A DNA stretch of 32,000 bases, from the sequence record NC_008289.1; one strand, written 5' to 3'. Each line of letters opens with the position of its first letter. Position 1 is the stretch's first letter. A program made the translations under genes and the position numbers. The notes beneath the pieces are model-generated. The model was given only the letters and a program-made list of their open reading frames with translations. It did not search any database and had not been told where the DNA came from. Positions 1 to 15,148 of this stretch are shown here, one piece after another.

Positions 1-2
1 AA

Positions 3-1769
3 ATTGATGAAACAATTCACTTTCAAACATATACTCCGTCTAAGTACGGAACGCAAAATTATTGTTTACATGGTGGTGTTCAATGGTATGTGAACCATTG
101 GGAACCAATGCACCCTTATTTTGCCGGAGATATTGATGTTTCGATGGACAAAGCTGCATCGTGGAATTCGAAATCAACATTTATGCCATCCCAAATTAAA
201 ACAATTGAAAATTGTGGTGGTGAAGCATTACAAGAATTGTTAACTCGACTTGATTTAGTATTTTTACAACGAATGTTATCTCGTAAGTTAAAGAATACAA
301 TTGAAAAGAAAAAATTGGCAGCTAAATCATTACGAAAACGTCATAAACGTCGTAAAACGGCTAAACTACTTGGTCGTACTGATCAAAAAAATTACGGTAT
401 TACTATTAAAGTTCGTGAGTATTCGCGTCGTTTAGAATTTATCCGTTCATTAGCACGTAAAGGTTTACGCCCAGAATGGATGATTTTATCAATTTTTCCA
501 GTGTTACCGCCAGATTTACGACCAATGATCCAGATGTCCAGTGGTCGGTTCGCAACTTCAGATTTAAATGATTTATACCGTCGTTTAATTTATCGGAAAA
601 TTCGTTTTGAGAAATTTTTAACACTTTTTGATGAAGAATTTTTACCTGATTTATTAATTCGGCATGATTTATGTTTACTTCAAGAAGCCGCGGATTCGAT
701 TATTGATAATGGACGATTAGATAAACCTGCCCAACGCCCAAATCGTAAGCCATTTAAATCATTAACTTCCATTATTGAAGGTAAACATGGACGTTTCCGT
801 CAAAATTTATTAGGAAAACGGGTTGATTATTCTGGGCGTTCCGTTATCGTTGTGGGCCCAAAATTACGTTTACATCAATGTGGATTACCACGTGAAATGG
901 CATTAGAATTATTTCAACCATTTGTGATTCGTGCTTTATTAGAAGAATCTGGGGTGAAAAATATTCGCGCAGCAAAAAATTTATTACAACGCCGTTCGCA
1001 AATGGTTTGGGATATTCTTGATACGGTTGTTTTGGGTCACCCAGTTTTATTAAATCGAGCTCCGACATTACACCGTTTAGGTATCCAAGCATTTGAACCA
1101 ATTTTATTATCTGGTCGAGCAATCCAATTACACCCTTTAGTTTGTCCAGCTTTTAATGCAGACTTTGATGGAGACCAAATGGCAGTACACGTACCATTAG
1201 GTCTTGAAGCTCAAGCCGAAGCTCGTTTATTAATGTTGGCTACCCATAACTGGTTATCCCCAGCAACTGGTGAACCGAGTATTCTCCCCAGCCAAGATAT
1301 GATTCTTGGTTTTTATTATTTAACAACATTAAAACCAACCGTAAGTCTGAAACGCCCCGTTGAGCAACCAATGGCAGTTCGCGGTCGTAACTTAATTCAA
1401 TCCAATTCAATTTTTAATAATTTTGAGAGCGTTCTTCATGCGTACGAAACAAGTAAGGTTGATTTACATGAAATTATTTGGTTAAGATGGTCATCATATA
1501 TTCAAACTACAAATTCGGAACCATTACAAATCACGGTAAATAAAACTGGTCATGTAACAACAGTTTATGATAGTTTTGTCATGCAGTCAGGTGCCACAAA
1601 TGGGCCAGATAATTCTATGTTATCAGTACAAATGAAGTCTCGTGATACCTCTAGCATTTCGAAAGTGTATAACTGTTTAACGTCATTGAACGCCGCAGCT
1701 TTCTATATTCTTACAACACCAGGGCGTGTTCTTTTTAATAACTTAATTTATGAAAACCTTTTTTTGTAA
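3..1769 (+). CDS. rpoC1: Plastid RNA polymerase beta' subunit (N-terminal half of bacterial beta'), 5' end cut by the window edge
   Basis: The frame of ORF 90..1769 stays open back to nt 3 ([25 protein letters not shown]...), so the true start lies upstream of the window. It carries the catalytic Mg-binding motif NADFDGDQM ([16 protein letters not shown]) and [16 protein letters not shown]. Confidence 0.97.
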   Translation: MDETIHFQTYTPSKYGTQNYCLHGGVQWYVNHWEPMHPYFAGDIDVSMDKAASWNSKSTFMPSQIKTIENCGGEALQELLTRLDLVFLQRMLSRKLKNTIEKKKLAAKSLRKRHKRRKTAKLLGRTDQKNYGITIKVREYSRRLEFIRSLARKGLRPEWMILSIFPVLPPDLRPMIQMSSGRFATSDLNDLYRRLIYRKIRFEKFLTLFDEEFLPDLLIRHDLCLLQEAADSIIDNGRLDKPAQRPNRKPFKSLTSIIEGKHGRFRQNLLGKRVDYSGRSVIVVGPKLRLHQCGLPREMALELFQPFVIRALLEESGVKNIRAAKNLLQRRSQMVWDILDTVVLGHPVLLNRAPTLHRLGIQAFEPILLSGRAIQLHPLVCPAFNADFDGDQMAVHVPLGLEAQAEARLLMLATHNWLSPATGEPSILPSQDMILGFYYLTTLKPTVSLKRPVEQPMAVRGRNLIQSNSIFNNFESVLHAYETSKVDLHEIIWLRWSSYIQTTNSEPLQITVNKTGHVTTVYDSFVMQSGATNGPDNSMLSVQMKSRDTSSISKVYNCLTSLNAAAFYILTTPGRVLFNNLIYENLFL

Positions 1770-4700
1770 CCGAACCGTAGATAAAGGGGAGATGAAACGT
1801 CTTATTAAATGGGTTCTTTTGAATTATGGAACTGAAAAGACAACTCGTTTAATTGATAAATTAAAAACAATGGGATTTCATTATGCCACGCATGCTGGGA
1901 TTTCATTAGGAATTGATGATTTATCTATCCCACCGATTAAATCAGCCTTTTTACTTAATGCTGAAAATGATATTTATGAAAATGATTTACGTCTAAAACG
2001 TGGTCAAATTACCTCTGTGCAACGTCTTGAGAAAGCACTTGATATTTGGAATACGACAAACGATACTTTAAAAACTGAAGTGGTAAAATATTTCCGTTCA
2101 ACAGATATCTTTAATCCAGTTTATATGATGGCTTTCTCAGGAGCTCGAGGTAATATTTCTCAGGTACGTCAATTAGTTGGAATGCGAGGCTTAATGGCTG
2201 ACCCACAAGGTCAGATTTTAGATTTTCCAATTCGTCGAAATTTTCGTGAGGGCCTTACAGTTACGGAGTATATGATTTCTTGTTATGGTGCACGTAAAGG
2301 TTTAGTAGATACTGCTTTACGTACTGCAAGTTCAGGATATTTAACACGCCGATTGGTTGATGTAGCACAAAGTGTTATTATTCAACAAGTTGACTGCCAA
2401 ACTACTCAAGGATTACGAATTGTACCGGAGTTAGAAAAGATTGAATCCCAATTAATTGGCCGCGTACTTTTTGAAGATGTCGTAGATTTGGAAACGGGTC
2501 GTATGGTTGGTTATAAAAACCAGGATATTTCTCCGGCTCTAGCTCTAAAACTTATTAAACAACCTGCTTTAACAATCCGATCACCTTTAACGTGTAGATT
2601 TCATGCTGTTTGCCAACTTTGTTACGGGTGGAATTTAGCACAACAAAAATTAGTTCAATTAGGTGAGGCTGTTGGAGTATTAGCTGCTCAATCCATTGGT
2701 GAACCAGGTACCCAATTAACAATGCGTACTTTCCACACGGGTGGTGTATTTGCGGGTGAAGCGACAGAAAAAGTTTATTCACCACATAATGGAATTGTTT
2801 TTTATAGTAAACAAGCCCGTGGTCGTAAAATTGTTTCCAAATATGGGGAAGTTGCATTTTTAACTTTTGAGCCTCTTAAGGTGAAAATTAAAAATGATAA
2901 TACAACCTCTGTATTAGAATTCCCATCTTTTACATTGTTATATATTCCACCGGGACAAACAGTGGGTGAACACCAAAGTTTAGCTGAACTTTCACGAATT
3001 GAAAACAAACAGAATTTCCAACAATTTGAGGTAGGGACTGAGAATGTTCAGAAGGAATTTATGTCGAATTGTTCAGGGCAAATTTTCTTACCTCAACGAC
3101 AAAATGCTTTAATTAATGAAGACAATGCCGGTACAACTACTTTTAATTATTCAGAAATGTGGTTATTAGCAGGTAAGATTCTTGATTCAAAAACGTTAGT
3201 TCCAGGAGATCAGATTAAGAATGCTCTGTACCCAATCCGTTCTAAAATCAATTGTGAACCGAGTCGACTTACTACCACGTTACCGCTTGGTTATGTATTT
3301 CCGATTGATTCGAATCAAACGTCCCTTTCCAAGTTGCAGTCTACTGATGCTGAAACTTTAAAGCAACTTCCATTGTTACAATTTTCTAAATTGTCTGCTG
3401 ATAATTTAAAATTTGCCCGTAGCTATGCTTTGGAACTTAATAAAACATTATTTCATTGTGACAGTTTGTCGAAATATAGATTTATTACTTCCGATTTAGA
3501 ACATTTACCGTTTAAATCAAAAAACTTATTCTTTAATCAAGATACGCCAACGAAAAAAGTTCCAACGTTTAAAATTAAGTTTTCTCGTTTTGGTAAGGCT
3601 GATAAATTTAATGCAAAAGAGAAATTTTTATTATTGCGCTCAGTAACTAAATTAGTATCTACTCAAACTAATCCGTTAAAAACACAATTTGCAAATAACT
3701 TATTTGTACAGAATTCAATTAATAAGAATAAAAAAACTTTTCTTGAAGTTGTAAAACCTCTTAAAACTTTCCAGAAAAAGACAAATTTTTTCCCTTCGCC
3801 GACGCATGAAAACATTAAAAGTTTTAACCCGTCTTTACAAAACGGAAATTTAATGTCGGTTGACGCAGATTATGTTCGTCTGAACGTTCAATACGGAAAA
3901 GGATTCAGTTCACTTTTAAATTGTGGCGAAGTTCGTGCAACAAATTGCATGATGACAGAGAAAGATCAAATTGCTTTTAAATCGCCTGTTTGTGATTTAA
4001 AAATGAAGGTAGGTGATTATGCCCGTGTAGAGGATCAATTAACAACAAGTACTCGTATCCCACTGTCGGGACAAATTAATTTTATTACTGCAGAAAATGT
4101 ACTTTTCCGTTCTGTACAACCGTATTTATTAGTTCCAGGTTCAAATGTAGTAGTAAAACATGGTAGTTTGGTACAAGAAAATAGTGTTCTTGGTACATTA
4201 ATGACGTCACAATCTACTGCTGGTGATATTGTGCAAGGTTTACCGAAAGTTGATGAGTTACTTGAAGCACGTGAGCCTCAACATAAAGTTCTCACGAGTA
4301 TGCACGCTAAACTTTCTACTTTATTTTCCCAATACGGGAAAATTTATGGTTTACGTGAAGGGTGTGAATTAAGTTTCCAGAAAATCCGACAATTTTTAGT
4401 ACAAGAAGTTCAAGATGTATATCAGTCGCAAGGTGTATATATCGGTGACAAACACGTAGAAATTATTGTGCGTCAAATGACAACGCATGTTGTTGTTGTA
4501 GACGCTGGAAAAACAGGGTTGTTACCTGGTGATATCGTAGATATTCGCCGAATTGAACAATTGGAACATACGGGATTTTTTGCGGGGGTGAAATATCGTC
4601 CAATGTTGTTAGGAATTACACGTGCTGCATTAATGGCCGAGAGTTTTATTTCAGCCGCTAGTTTCCAAGAAACAAAGCGTGTACTTTCAAAAGCTGCATT

Positions 4701-4785
4701 AGAGGGGCAGATTGACTGGTTGACTGGTTTAAAAGAAAACGTGATTTTAGGTCGTTTAATCCCAGCCGGAACAGGTTTATATTAA
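1750..4785 (+). CDS. rpoC2: Plastid RNA polymerase beta'' subunit (C-terminal half of bacterial beta')
   Basis: 1011-aa ORF with [17 protein letters not shown] at the N-terminus, [26 protein letters not shown] (trigger loop) and C-terminal [17 protein letters not shown]. The ATG at 1750 overlaps the rpoC1 stop (1767-1769) by 20 nt, in the +1 frame. Confidence 0.97.
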   Translation: MKTFFCNRTVDKGEMKRLIKWVLLNYGTEKTTRLIDKLKTMGFHYATHAGISLGIDDLSIPPIKSAFLLNAENDIYENDLRLKRGQITSVQRLEKALDIWNTTNDTLKTEVVKYFRSTDIFNPVYMMAFSGARGNISQVRQLVGMRGLMADPQGQILDFPIRRNFREGLTVTEYMISCYGARKGLVDTALRTASSGYLTRRLVDVAQSVIIQQVDCQTTQGLRIVPELEKIESQLIGRVLFEDVVDLETGRMVGYKNQDISPALALKLIKQPALTIRSPLTCRFHAVCQLCYGWNLAQQKLVQLGEAVGVLAAQSIGEPGTQLTMRTFHTGGVFAGEATEKVYSPHNGIVFYSKQARGRKIVSKYGEVAFLTFEPLKVKIKNDNTTSVLEFPSFTLLYIPPGQTVGEHQSLAELSRIENKQNFQQFEVGTENVQKEFMSNCSGQIFLPQRQNALINEDNAGTTTFNYSEMWLLAGKILDSKTLVPGDQIKNALYPIRSKINCEPSRLTTTLPLGYVFPIDSNQTSLSKLQSTDAETLKQLPLLQFSKLSADNLKFARSYALELNKTLFHCDSLSKYRFITSDLEHLPFKSKNLFFNQDTPTKKVPTFKIKFSRFGKADKFNAKEKFLLLRSVTKLVSTQTNPLKTQFANNLFVQNSINKNKKTFLEVVKPLKTFQKKTNFFPSPTHENIKSFNPSLQNGNLMSVDADYVRLNVQYGKGFSSLLNCGEVRATNCMMTEKDQIAFKSPVCDLKMKVGDYARVEDQLTTSTRIPLSGQINFITAENVLFRSVQPYLLVPGSNVVVKHGSLVQENSVLGTLMTSQSTAGDIVQGLPKVDELLEAREPQHKVLTSMHAKLSTLFSQYGKIYGLREGCELSFQKIRQFLVQEVQDVYQSQGVYIGDKHVEIIVRQMTTHVVVVDAGKTGLLPGDIVDIRRIEQLEHTGFFAGVKYRPMLLGITRAALMAESFISAASFQETKRVLSKAALEGQIDWLTGLKENVILGRLIPAGTGLY

Positions 4786-4827
4786 CTTTAATATAAATTT
4801 ATGGTATACTCCCGTATAAAAATGTGA

Positions 4828-5508
4828 ATGTTTATAAAATTTGAAAAAGTTAAAAAATTACTGAATATGTTACAGTCAATGCTTGAAGCTGGTGTTCACT
4901 TTGGACATCAATCACGCCGTTGGAACCCAAAAATGGCGCCTTACATTTATGAAGAGAAAAATGGAATTCACATTTTAGACGTAGTTCAAACAATCGGAGA
5001 ACTTGAGAAAGCTCGTACAGCGTTTAAATCTGCAAAGAATGTGATTTTCGTGGGAACTCGCCCTGCAATTGCACCGTTAATTGAGCAAGTGGCAACAAAA
5101 ACCGGATCAAACTATGTAAATACACGTTGGGTTGGTGGGCTTTTAACGAATTGGACAACTATGACAATGTGTCTTGAAAAATTAGGACGTTTAGATGCTC
5201 AATTAGAAACTGCTACACCAAAAAAAGGTTTTACAAAGAAAGATATTTTATCTTTAACACGTGAACGCGAACGTCTTGAGAAATTTTTTGGTGGCCTCCG
5301 TAATTTAAAAACTTTACCTGATTTAGTTGTGATTGTAGGCCAACCAAATGAACGTAATGCAGTGTTAGAGTGCCAGAAATTAAACATTCCAACAATTACA
5401 TTACTTGATTCAAATTGTGATCCTACGTTTGTATCATATGGAATTCCAGCTAATGATGACTCTGCTCGTTCAGTAGCTTTTATTCTTGATCAACTTACGA
5501 AAGATTAA
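4828..5508 (+). CDS. rps2: Ribosomal protein S2
   Basis: Contains MLEAGVHFGHQSRRWNPKMAPYIY and LDSNCDP, both typical of uS2. The start is either ATG 4828 or ATG 4867. Confidence 0.95.
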   Translation: MFIKFEKVKKLLNMLQSMLEAGVHFGHQSRRWNPKMAPYIYEEKNGIHILDVVQTIGELEKARTAFKSAKNVIFVGTRPAIAPLIEQVATKTGSNYVNTRWVGGLLTNWTTMTMCLEKLGRLDAQLETATPKKGFTKKDILSLTRERERLEKFFGGLRNLKTLPDLVVIVGQPNERNAVLECQKLNIPTITLLDSNCDPTFVSYGIPANDDSARSVAFILDQLTKD

Positions 5509-5532
5509 CCCTTTTTTGAGAGACTCATTGAT

Positions 5533-5564
5533 ACCAGGTCGAATTTTTCGACCTGGTTTTTTTT
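5533..5564 (+). terminator. Stem-loop followed by a T-run, 3' of rps2 (intrinsic-terminator-like, or a 3'-end stabilising inverted repeat)
   Basis: ACCAGGTCGAA (5533-5543) pairs perfectly with TTCGACCTGGT (5547-5557). A T-run follows, ending at 5564. Confidence 0.6.
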
Positions 5565-5662
5565 ATTTGTGGTCCGGAAAGAGGCAGACATCGTGGGCTG
5601 GTCTGGGCTCAATTGTATACTCATACTCAGAAGCATTCAATTTGAATGAGATTCAAAAACAC

Positions 5663-7157
<1,495 letters not shown>

Positions 7158-7231
7158 TAATGAGATCTTGAGAGTAGAGATGCTCTCAAAAAAGACCAAG
7201 CCGGAAGCGGCGCGTAATTGCCGCTGGCTAC

Positions 7232-7305
<74 letters not shown>

Positions 7306-7311
7306 TGGCAC

Positions 7312-7384
7312 GGGGGTATAGCTCAGTTGGTAGAGCGCTGCCTTTGCAAGGCAGACGTCAGCGGTTCGAGTCCGCTTACCTCCA
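7312..7384 (+). tRNA. trnA: tRNA-Ala (anticodon UGC), no intron
   Basis: 73-nt cloverleaf: acceptor GGGGGTA/TACCTCC with the G3:U70 Ala identity pair, and anticodon loop TTTGCAA. Confidence 0.95.
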
Positions 7385-7433
7385 GCCAAACTCCTTTTCG
7401 AAGGACTGAATTGTGGAACCTTTTATTTAAAAC

Positions 7434-10295
<2,862 letters not shown>

Positions 10296-10310
10296 ATTTA
10301 TTATTTTTTT

Positions 10311-10428
10311 TCTTGGTGTCTTCGTCACAATCGAAACACAGCATCCCATCAGAACTGCGTGGTGAAAGGTTTTTGAGACTAAGATAGCTATCGGGCCACT
10401 GATAGTGAAAACGTGTCGATGCCAAGAC
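10311..10428 (+). rRNA. rrf: 5S ribosomal RNA (divergent)
   Basis: Lies immediately 3' of 23S. Helix I forms between TCTTGGTGTC (10311-10320) and GATGCCAAGA (10418-10427): 10 bp including 2 G-U pairs. The loop C/helix III region CCCATCAGAACTGCGTGGTGAAA resembles the canonical CCCATxCCGAACxxxGAAGTGAAA. About 117 nt. Confidence 0.8.
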
Positions 10429-10447
10429 TTATTTCAATTATTACAAC

Positions 10448-10494
10448 AAAAAGGGAGAGAAGGTATCTTTATTGGATACCTTCTCTCCCTTTTT
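10448..10494 (+). terminator. Perfect 20-bp stem-loop at the end of the rrn operon
   Basis: AAAAAGGGAGAGAAGGTATC (10448-10467) pairs with GATACCTTCTCTCCCTTTTT (10475-10494). The loop is 7 nt (TTTATTG), and the 3' arm ends in a T-run. Confidence 0.7.
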
Positions 10495-10843
10495 TAGTTT
10501 CTACTCTGTAAGCTCACGCACAGACTGTTCATAGAACAAAAAAACATAAAATAAAAGAAGAAGAACACTTAAATAGGTGAATGTACCCGAAATACGGTTC
10601 ATAAACGTATTAAACCGGTAGTTATACAGATAAACATAGTTAACTGTTCAGAGTAGTATGAAACCGCTTTCAGACATCTTTAATCAAGGGGCTCTACCAT
10701 GCATACTCGTTTTGAGGCCGTTCAGATTGGCGTGGCTTCTTAAAACACTGTCCGTACAGATCAAGTTGAAACCATGTATATTCTTATACTCTGAGTATTT
10801 CCTTGTGATTTAAAGGTCTATTTTTTATATTTTTATCTTGTCG

Positions 10844-10892
10844 TATATACCCCCGAAGGGGTATATAAACTCTATGTTAGTTCCCTAACATA
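10844..10892 (-). terminator. Two tandem stem-loops in the psbA 3' UTR
   Basis: The proximal hairpin is 10873-10892 (TATGTTAG/CTAACATA, 8 bp, loop TTCC) and begins 10 nt after the psbA stop. The distal hairpin is 10844-10867 (TATATACCCC/GGGGTATATA, 10 bp, loop CGAA). Confidence 0.65.
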
Positions 10893-10902
10893 AAAGACTT
10901 GA

Positions 10903-12000
<1,098 letters not shown>

Positions 12001-12043
12001 TCACCATGGAACCAAGGCCCAAAAAATTGATCTGTTACTACGT

Positions 12044-12072
12044 ATTATACCAGCCTTCGATGCGCGAAACAA
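12044..12072 (-). promoter_or_regulatory. Candidate sigma70-type (PEP) psbA promoter with an extended -10
   Basis: The minus strand reads TTGTTT (12072-12067), a 17-nt spacer, then TGgTATAAT (TG at 12052-12051, TATAAT at 12049-12044). This lies about 80 nt upstream of the psbA ATG. The call rests on the motifs alone. Confidence 0.4.
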
Positions 12073-12313
12073 CAAACGAAAAAAAGAAATATGTATTCTG
12101 GATTCTTAAAAATATCGTGCCGTTTTTAACTGGACAGGCACAGATGAAAGTTGAAGTCGAAACAACAAACGAAGAAATACCGAGCAAAATAAGAAATACC
12201 CATCAAACGAAGAAAAAGTTATGTTTTTATTTTATAAAGAGTGGGCTCAATTATTTTTTTTGTATGTTGCGGCTTAAAAACTAGAAGCTTTGGATTTTTT
12301 TTTATTTTTATAA

Positions 12314-12371
12314 GTGGGGATAGAATATACCCCCACATTATAGAGTTGAAGAAAAAAATGTTTCTTCAACT
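12314..12371 (-). terminator. Stem-loops 3' of psbZ
   Basis: AGTTGAAGAAA (12344-12354) pairs with TTTCTTCAACT (12361-12371): 11 bp, 13 nt beyond the psbZ stop. A weaker GC-cored hairpin follows: GTGGGG (12314-12319) with CCCCAC (12331-12336). Confidence 0.5.
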
Positions 12372-12383
12372 TGAAATTTAAAT

Positions 12384-12572
12384 TTACGATACAAATGAAT
12401 TTAACGCACCTACCACAAATACTAAAAGCATCCAAAGAGCAGATCCAGAAAATACAAGTCCTTTACTTTGAGCCCATCCTTCAGGAGAAGCGAGAAGTAC
12501 TGGCACACCAATAACAAGAGCTAATGAAAGCCCAATGAAAGCAAGGAGCGTAAGTTGAAAGATAAAAAGCAT
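12384..12572 (-). CDS. psbZ: Photosystem II protein Z (ycf9)
   Basis: 62 aa, [62 protein letters not shown]. It is collinear with the PsbZ consensus (..FQL..FALI....ISVPV.FASP.GW...K..VFSG..LW..LVF.VG.LNS). Confidence 0.93.
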   Translation of the reverse strand: MLFIFQLTLLAFIGLSLALVIGVPVLLASPEGWAQSKGLVFSGSALWMLLVFVVGALNSFVS

Positions 12573-12769
12573 AGGATTTAATTCCTTAAAAATCGATTTT
12601 CAGCCCAAAGTTCAAATTTTGACAAACTAGTCCTCGAGCTACTTTTATAATATCATTTTAATAGTAATATGCCCATTAATTTGGACAATAAATAAAAAAA
12701 AACTAAAAAATCAATTTTCAGTTTTAATTTCATTTATATTATATTACAATAGTACCAAGATCAAAACAA

Positions 12770-12841
<72 letters not shown>

Positions 12842-13044
12842 ATAGAAACCAGATTTCATTTTATTGAATCTTGGTTGAGTTGCCTAAAAAATTAGCTCAC
12901 TTTACAAAATAATTAAGTTTACAAACTACAATAATAAGTCAGATAATTTAATATATGAATACAAATTCTTTGGTTCAATTCGTTTAGAATATTCTAAAGT
13001 TTTTTAGTTATTTTTATATCCATTGAAATGGACCTTCAGTTTTT

Positions 13045-13308
13045 ATGATTGACTTCATTCAACGCGTAGTTGTAACTCAAAAATCAACAATGCTTCTTGA
13101 GTCTGAGCGTTACACGTTCGATGTGGACGTAAACCTCAGCAAAACAGATATTAAGACGCTTATTCAGGACCTCTACGGAGTTCAAGTGGTTGCGGTAAAT
13201 ACGCACCGCCTCCCACGTCGTAAGACACGATTCGGTGGAGTGAAAACACGTACAAAGCGTGCTATTATTCGCTTAAAAAATGGCGATACTTTACCTATTT
13301 TTGACTAA
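13045..13308 (+). CDS. rpl23: Ribosomal protein L23
   Basis: 87 aa with KSTMLLESERYTFDVDVNLSKTDIKTLIQDLYGVQVVAVNT. It sits in the first position of the S10-type cluster. Confidence 0.93.
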   Translation: MIDFIQRVVVTQKSTMLLESERYTFDVDVNLSKTDIKTLIQDLYGVQVVAVNTHRLPRRKTRFGGVKTRTKRAIIRLKNGDTLPIFD

Positions 13309-13311
13309 TAT

Positions 13312-14145
13312 ATGGCTCTTCGTTTTTATAAAGCATATACTCCGGGAACACGTAACCGTTCTGTAGCGGATTGTAGTGGATTAACAAAGACTCGTCCCGA
13401 AAAGTCTTTAACACGTTCAATGCACCGTGCAAAAGGTCGTAACAACCGTGGAGTAATTACTTGTCGTCACCGTGGTGGTGGGCACAAACGTTTATACCGT
13501 CAAATTGATTTCCGTCGTAACAAATATGATATGGCGGCAACAGTTAAAACCATTGAGTATGATCCAAACCGTAATGCTCGTATTGCACTTGTCGAATATC
13601 AAGATGGTGAGAAACGCTATATTTTACATCCGAATGGATTAGAAATTGGTGATTCTATCATCGCAAGTGAAACAGCAGTAAACGCAGTAGGAAACTCATT
13701 ACCTTTAATGGCAATGCCATTAGGTGTCCAAGTACACAATATTGAGATGCACCCAAAGAAAGGGGGTCAGCTTGTTCGTTCTGCTGGTGCAGTGGCACAA
13801 CTTGTTGCAAAAGAAGGAGAGTATGTAACTCTTCGTCTTCCTTCTGGTGAAGTGCGACTTATTTCAAACAAATGTTGGGCTACAATCGGACAAGTAGGAA
13901 ACATGGAGGCTATGAACCTTTCTCTTGGAAAGGCTGGTCGTTCACGTTGGCTTGGTCGTCGTCCAACAGTTCGTGGTAGTGTTATGAACGCTGTAGATCA
14001 CCCACACGGTGGAGGAGAAGGTCGTTGTCCAGTTGGTCACGCACAACCTCGTACGCCATGGGGGAAACCTGCTCTTGGTGTTAAAACACGTACACGTAAA
14101 AAGTACAGTGATACCCTTATTCTTCGTCGAAGAAAAGTTTCATAA
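13312..14145 (+). CDS. rpl2: Ribosomal protein L2 (no intron)
   Basis: 277 aa with [22 protein letters not shown] and [15 protein letters not shown]. Confidence 0.98.
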   Translation: MALRFYKAYTPGTRNRSVADCSGLTKTRPEKSLTRSMHRAKGRNNRGVITCRHRGGGHKRLYRQIDFRRNKYDMAATVKTIEYDPNRNARIALVEYQDGEKRYILHPNGLEIGDSIIASETAVNAVGNSLPLMAMPLGVQVHNIEMHPKKGGQLVRSAGAVAQLVAKEGEYVTLRLPSGEVRLISNKCWATIGQVGNMEAMNLSLGKAGRSRWLGRRPTVRGSVMNAVDHPHGGGEGRCPVGHAQPRTPWGKPALGVKTRTRKKYSDTLILRRRKVS

Positions 14146-14160
14146 ATTTTTATATCTCTT

Positions 14161-14439
14161 ATGGCTCGTTCTCTTAAAAAAGGACCTTTTGTTGCAGATA
14201 AGCTTATGAAAAAAATTGAGCTTCTTCACTCAAAAGGTGAAAAAACTGTAATCCAAACTTGGTCACGCAGTTCTACAATCACACCAATCATGATTGGCCA
14301 CACAATCGCAGTACACAATGGTCGTGAGCACATTCCAGTATTCGTCACTGACCAAATGGTTGGACACAAACTTGGTGAATTTAGTCCAACACGTACGTTT
14401 CGTGGACACGTAAAGTCTGATAAAAAATCGAAACGTTAA
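14161..14439 (+). CDS. rps19: Ribosomal protein S19
   Basis: 92 aa: [20 protein letters not shown]...[35 protein letters not shown]. Confidence 0.98.
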   Translation: MARSLKKGPFVADKLMKKIELLHSKGEKTVIQTWSRSSTITPIMIGHTIAVHNGREHIPVFVTDQMVGHKLGEFSPTRTFRGHVKSDKKSKR

Positions 14440-14512
14440 AATTATTTTGGAAATAAAGAGTAAAAAAATTCTTTATTTGTAACACACCTCATTTCCTAAA
14501 CAGAAAAATATT

Positions 14513-15148
14513 ATGGGTCAAAAAGTTCATCCGATTGGATTCCGAATTGGTGTAACACAAACTCACCGTTCACAATGGTTTGCAAAACCAAAAGATTATG
14601 CAAAACTCGTGGAAGAAGATCTTTTAATCCGTGAATTTGCTGAGAGTCGTCTCCCTGATGCGGGCATCTCTCGCATTAATATTTCACGTCAAGTAGATCG
14701 TATTGAAATTGAATTTTTCACTGCACGTCCACGTGCACTTGTAGGAGCAAAAGGAGAAACTTTAACTCAACTCCGCGATGAGATTAAAGCAAAACTCCCA
14801 GACACTCGTAACGTTGCATTATATGTAACAAAAACACAACAACCGGAGATGGAAGCAATTTGTATTGCTGAAAATATCGCGGAACAACTTGAAAAGCGTA
14901 CTCCCTTCCGCCGTACAATGCGTCAAGCAATTATGCGTGCTCGTAAAGCAGGGGCTGAAGGAATTAAAATTCAAATTTCTGGACGTTTAAATGGAGCTGA
15001 AATTGCTCGTCACGAATGGGCTCGTGAAGGGCGTGTACCTTTACATACAATTCGTGCTGATATTGATTATGCAACAGCTCGTGCTCAAACAATCTACGGA
15101 ATTTTAGGCATTAAAGTATGGGTTTGTAAGGGGGAGAAATCATGTTAA
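14513..15148 (+). CDS. rps3: Ribosomal protein S3
   Basis: 211 aa: [24 protein letters not shown]...[31 protein letters not shown]. Confidence 0.97.
   Translation: MGQKVHPIGFRIGVTQTHRSQWFAKPKDYAKLVEEDLLIREFAESRLPDAGISRINISRQVDRIEIEFFTARPRALVGAKGETLTQLRDEIKAKLPDTRNVALYVTKTQQPEMEAICIAENIAEQLEKRTPFRRTMRQAIMRARKAGAEGIKIQISGRLNGAEIARHEWAREGRVPLHTIRADIDYATARAQTIYGILGIKVWVCKGEKSC

Noticed and set aside
5565-5662. Search for the rrn operon promoter between the rps2 terminator and 16S: TATACT at 5616-5621 and TTGTGG at 5567-5572
   Set aside because: No -35-like hexamer lies 16-18 nt upstream of TATACT, and no -10 follows TTGTGG at proper spacing. The promoter may be non-canonical. I do not report one.
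10497-10664. Long-range complementarity GTTTCTACTCTG (10497-10508) with CAGAGTAG...GAAAC (10649-10664) in the rrf-psbA spacer, considered as the closing helix of a structured RNA of about 170 nt
   Set aside because: The match is only 8 contiguous bp (12 with a 4-nt bulge). About one such match is expected by chance among all position pairs in a 400-nt region. I saw no RNase P, tmRNA or tRNA signature motifs (GGAAAGTCC, GGTTCGAATCC and similar).
12006-12284. Spacer-filling ORFs: 12006..12284 (+, 92 aa), 29843..30121 (-, 92 aa), 20462..20650 (-, 62 aa), 30242..30502 (+, 86 aa), 21648..21848 (-, 66 aa)
   Set aside because: None has a recognisable family. Their composition is low-complexity K/F/I/L/N-rich, typical of A/T-rich non-coding DNA. 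They run antisense to or across promoter/5' UTR regions or real small genes (30242..30502 overlaps psaI out of frame). I cannot exclude them without comparative data, but there is no positive evidence for them.
12619-12651. Perfect TTGACA (12619-12624) and TATAAT (12646-12651) on the plus strand upstream of tRNA(CAU)
   Set aside because: The spacer is 21 nt, well outside the 16-18 nt functional range of sigma70-type promoters. The pair may be coincidental in A/T-rich DNA.
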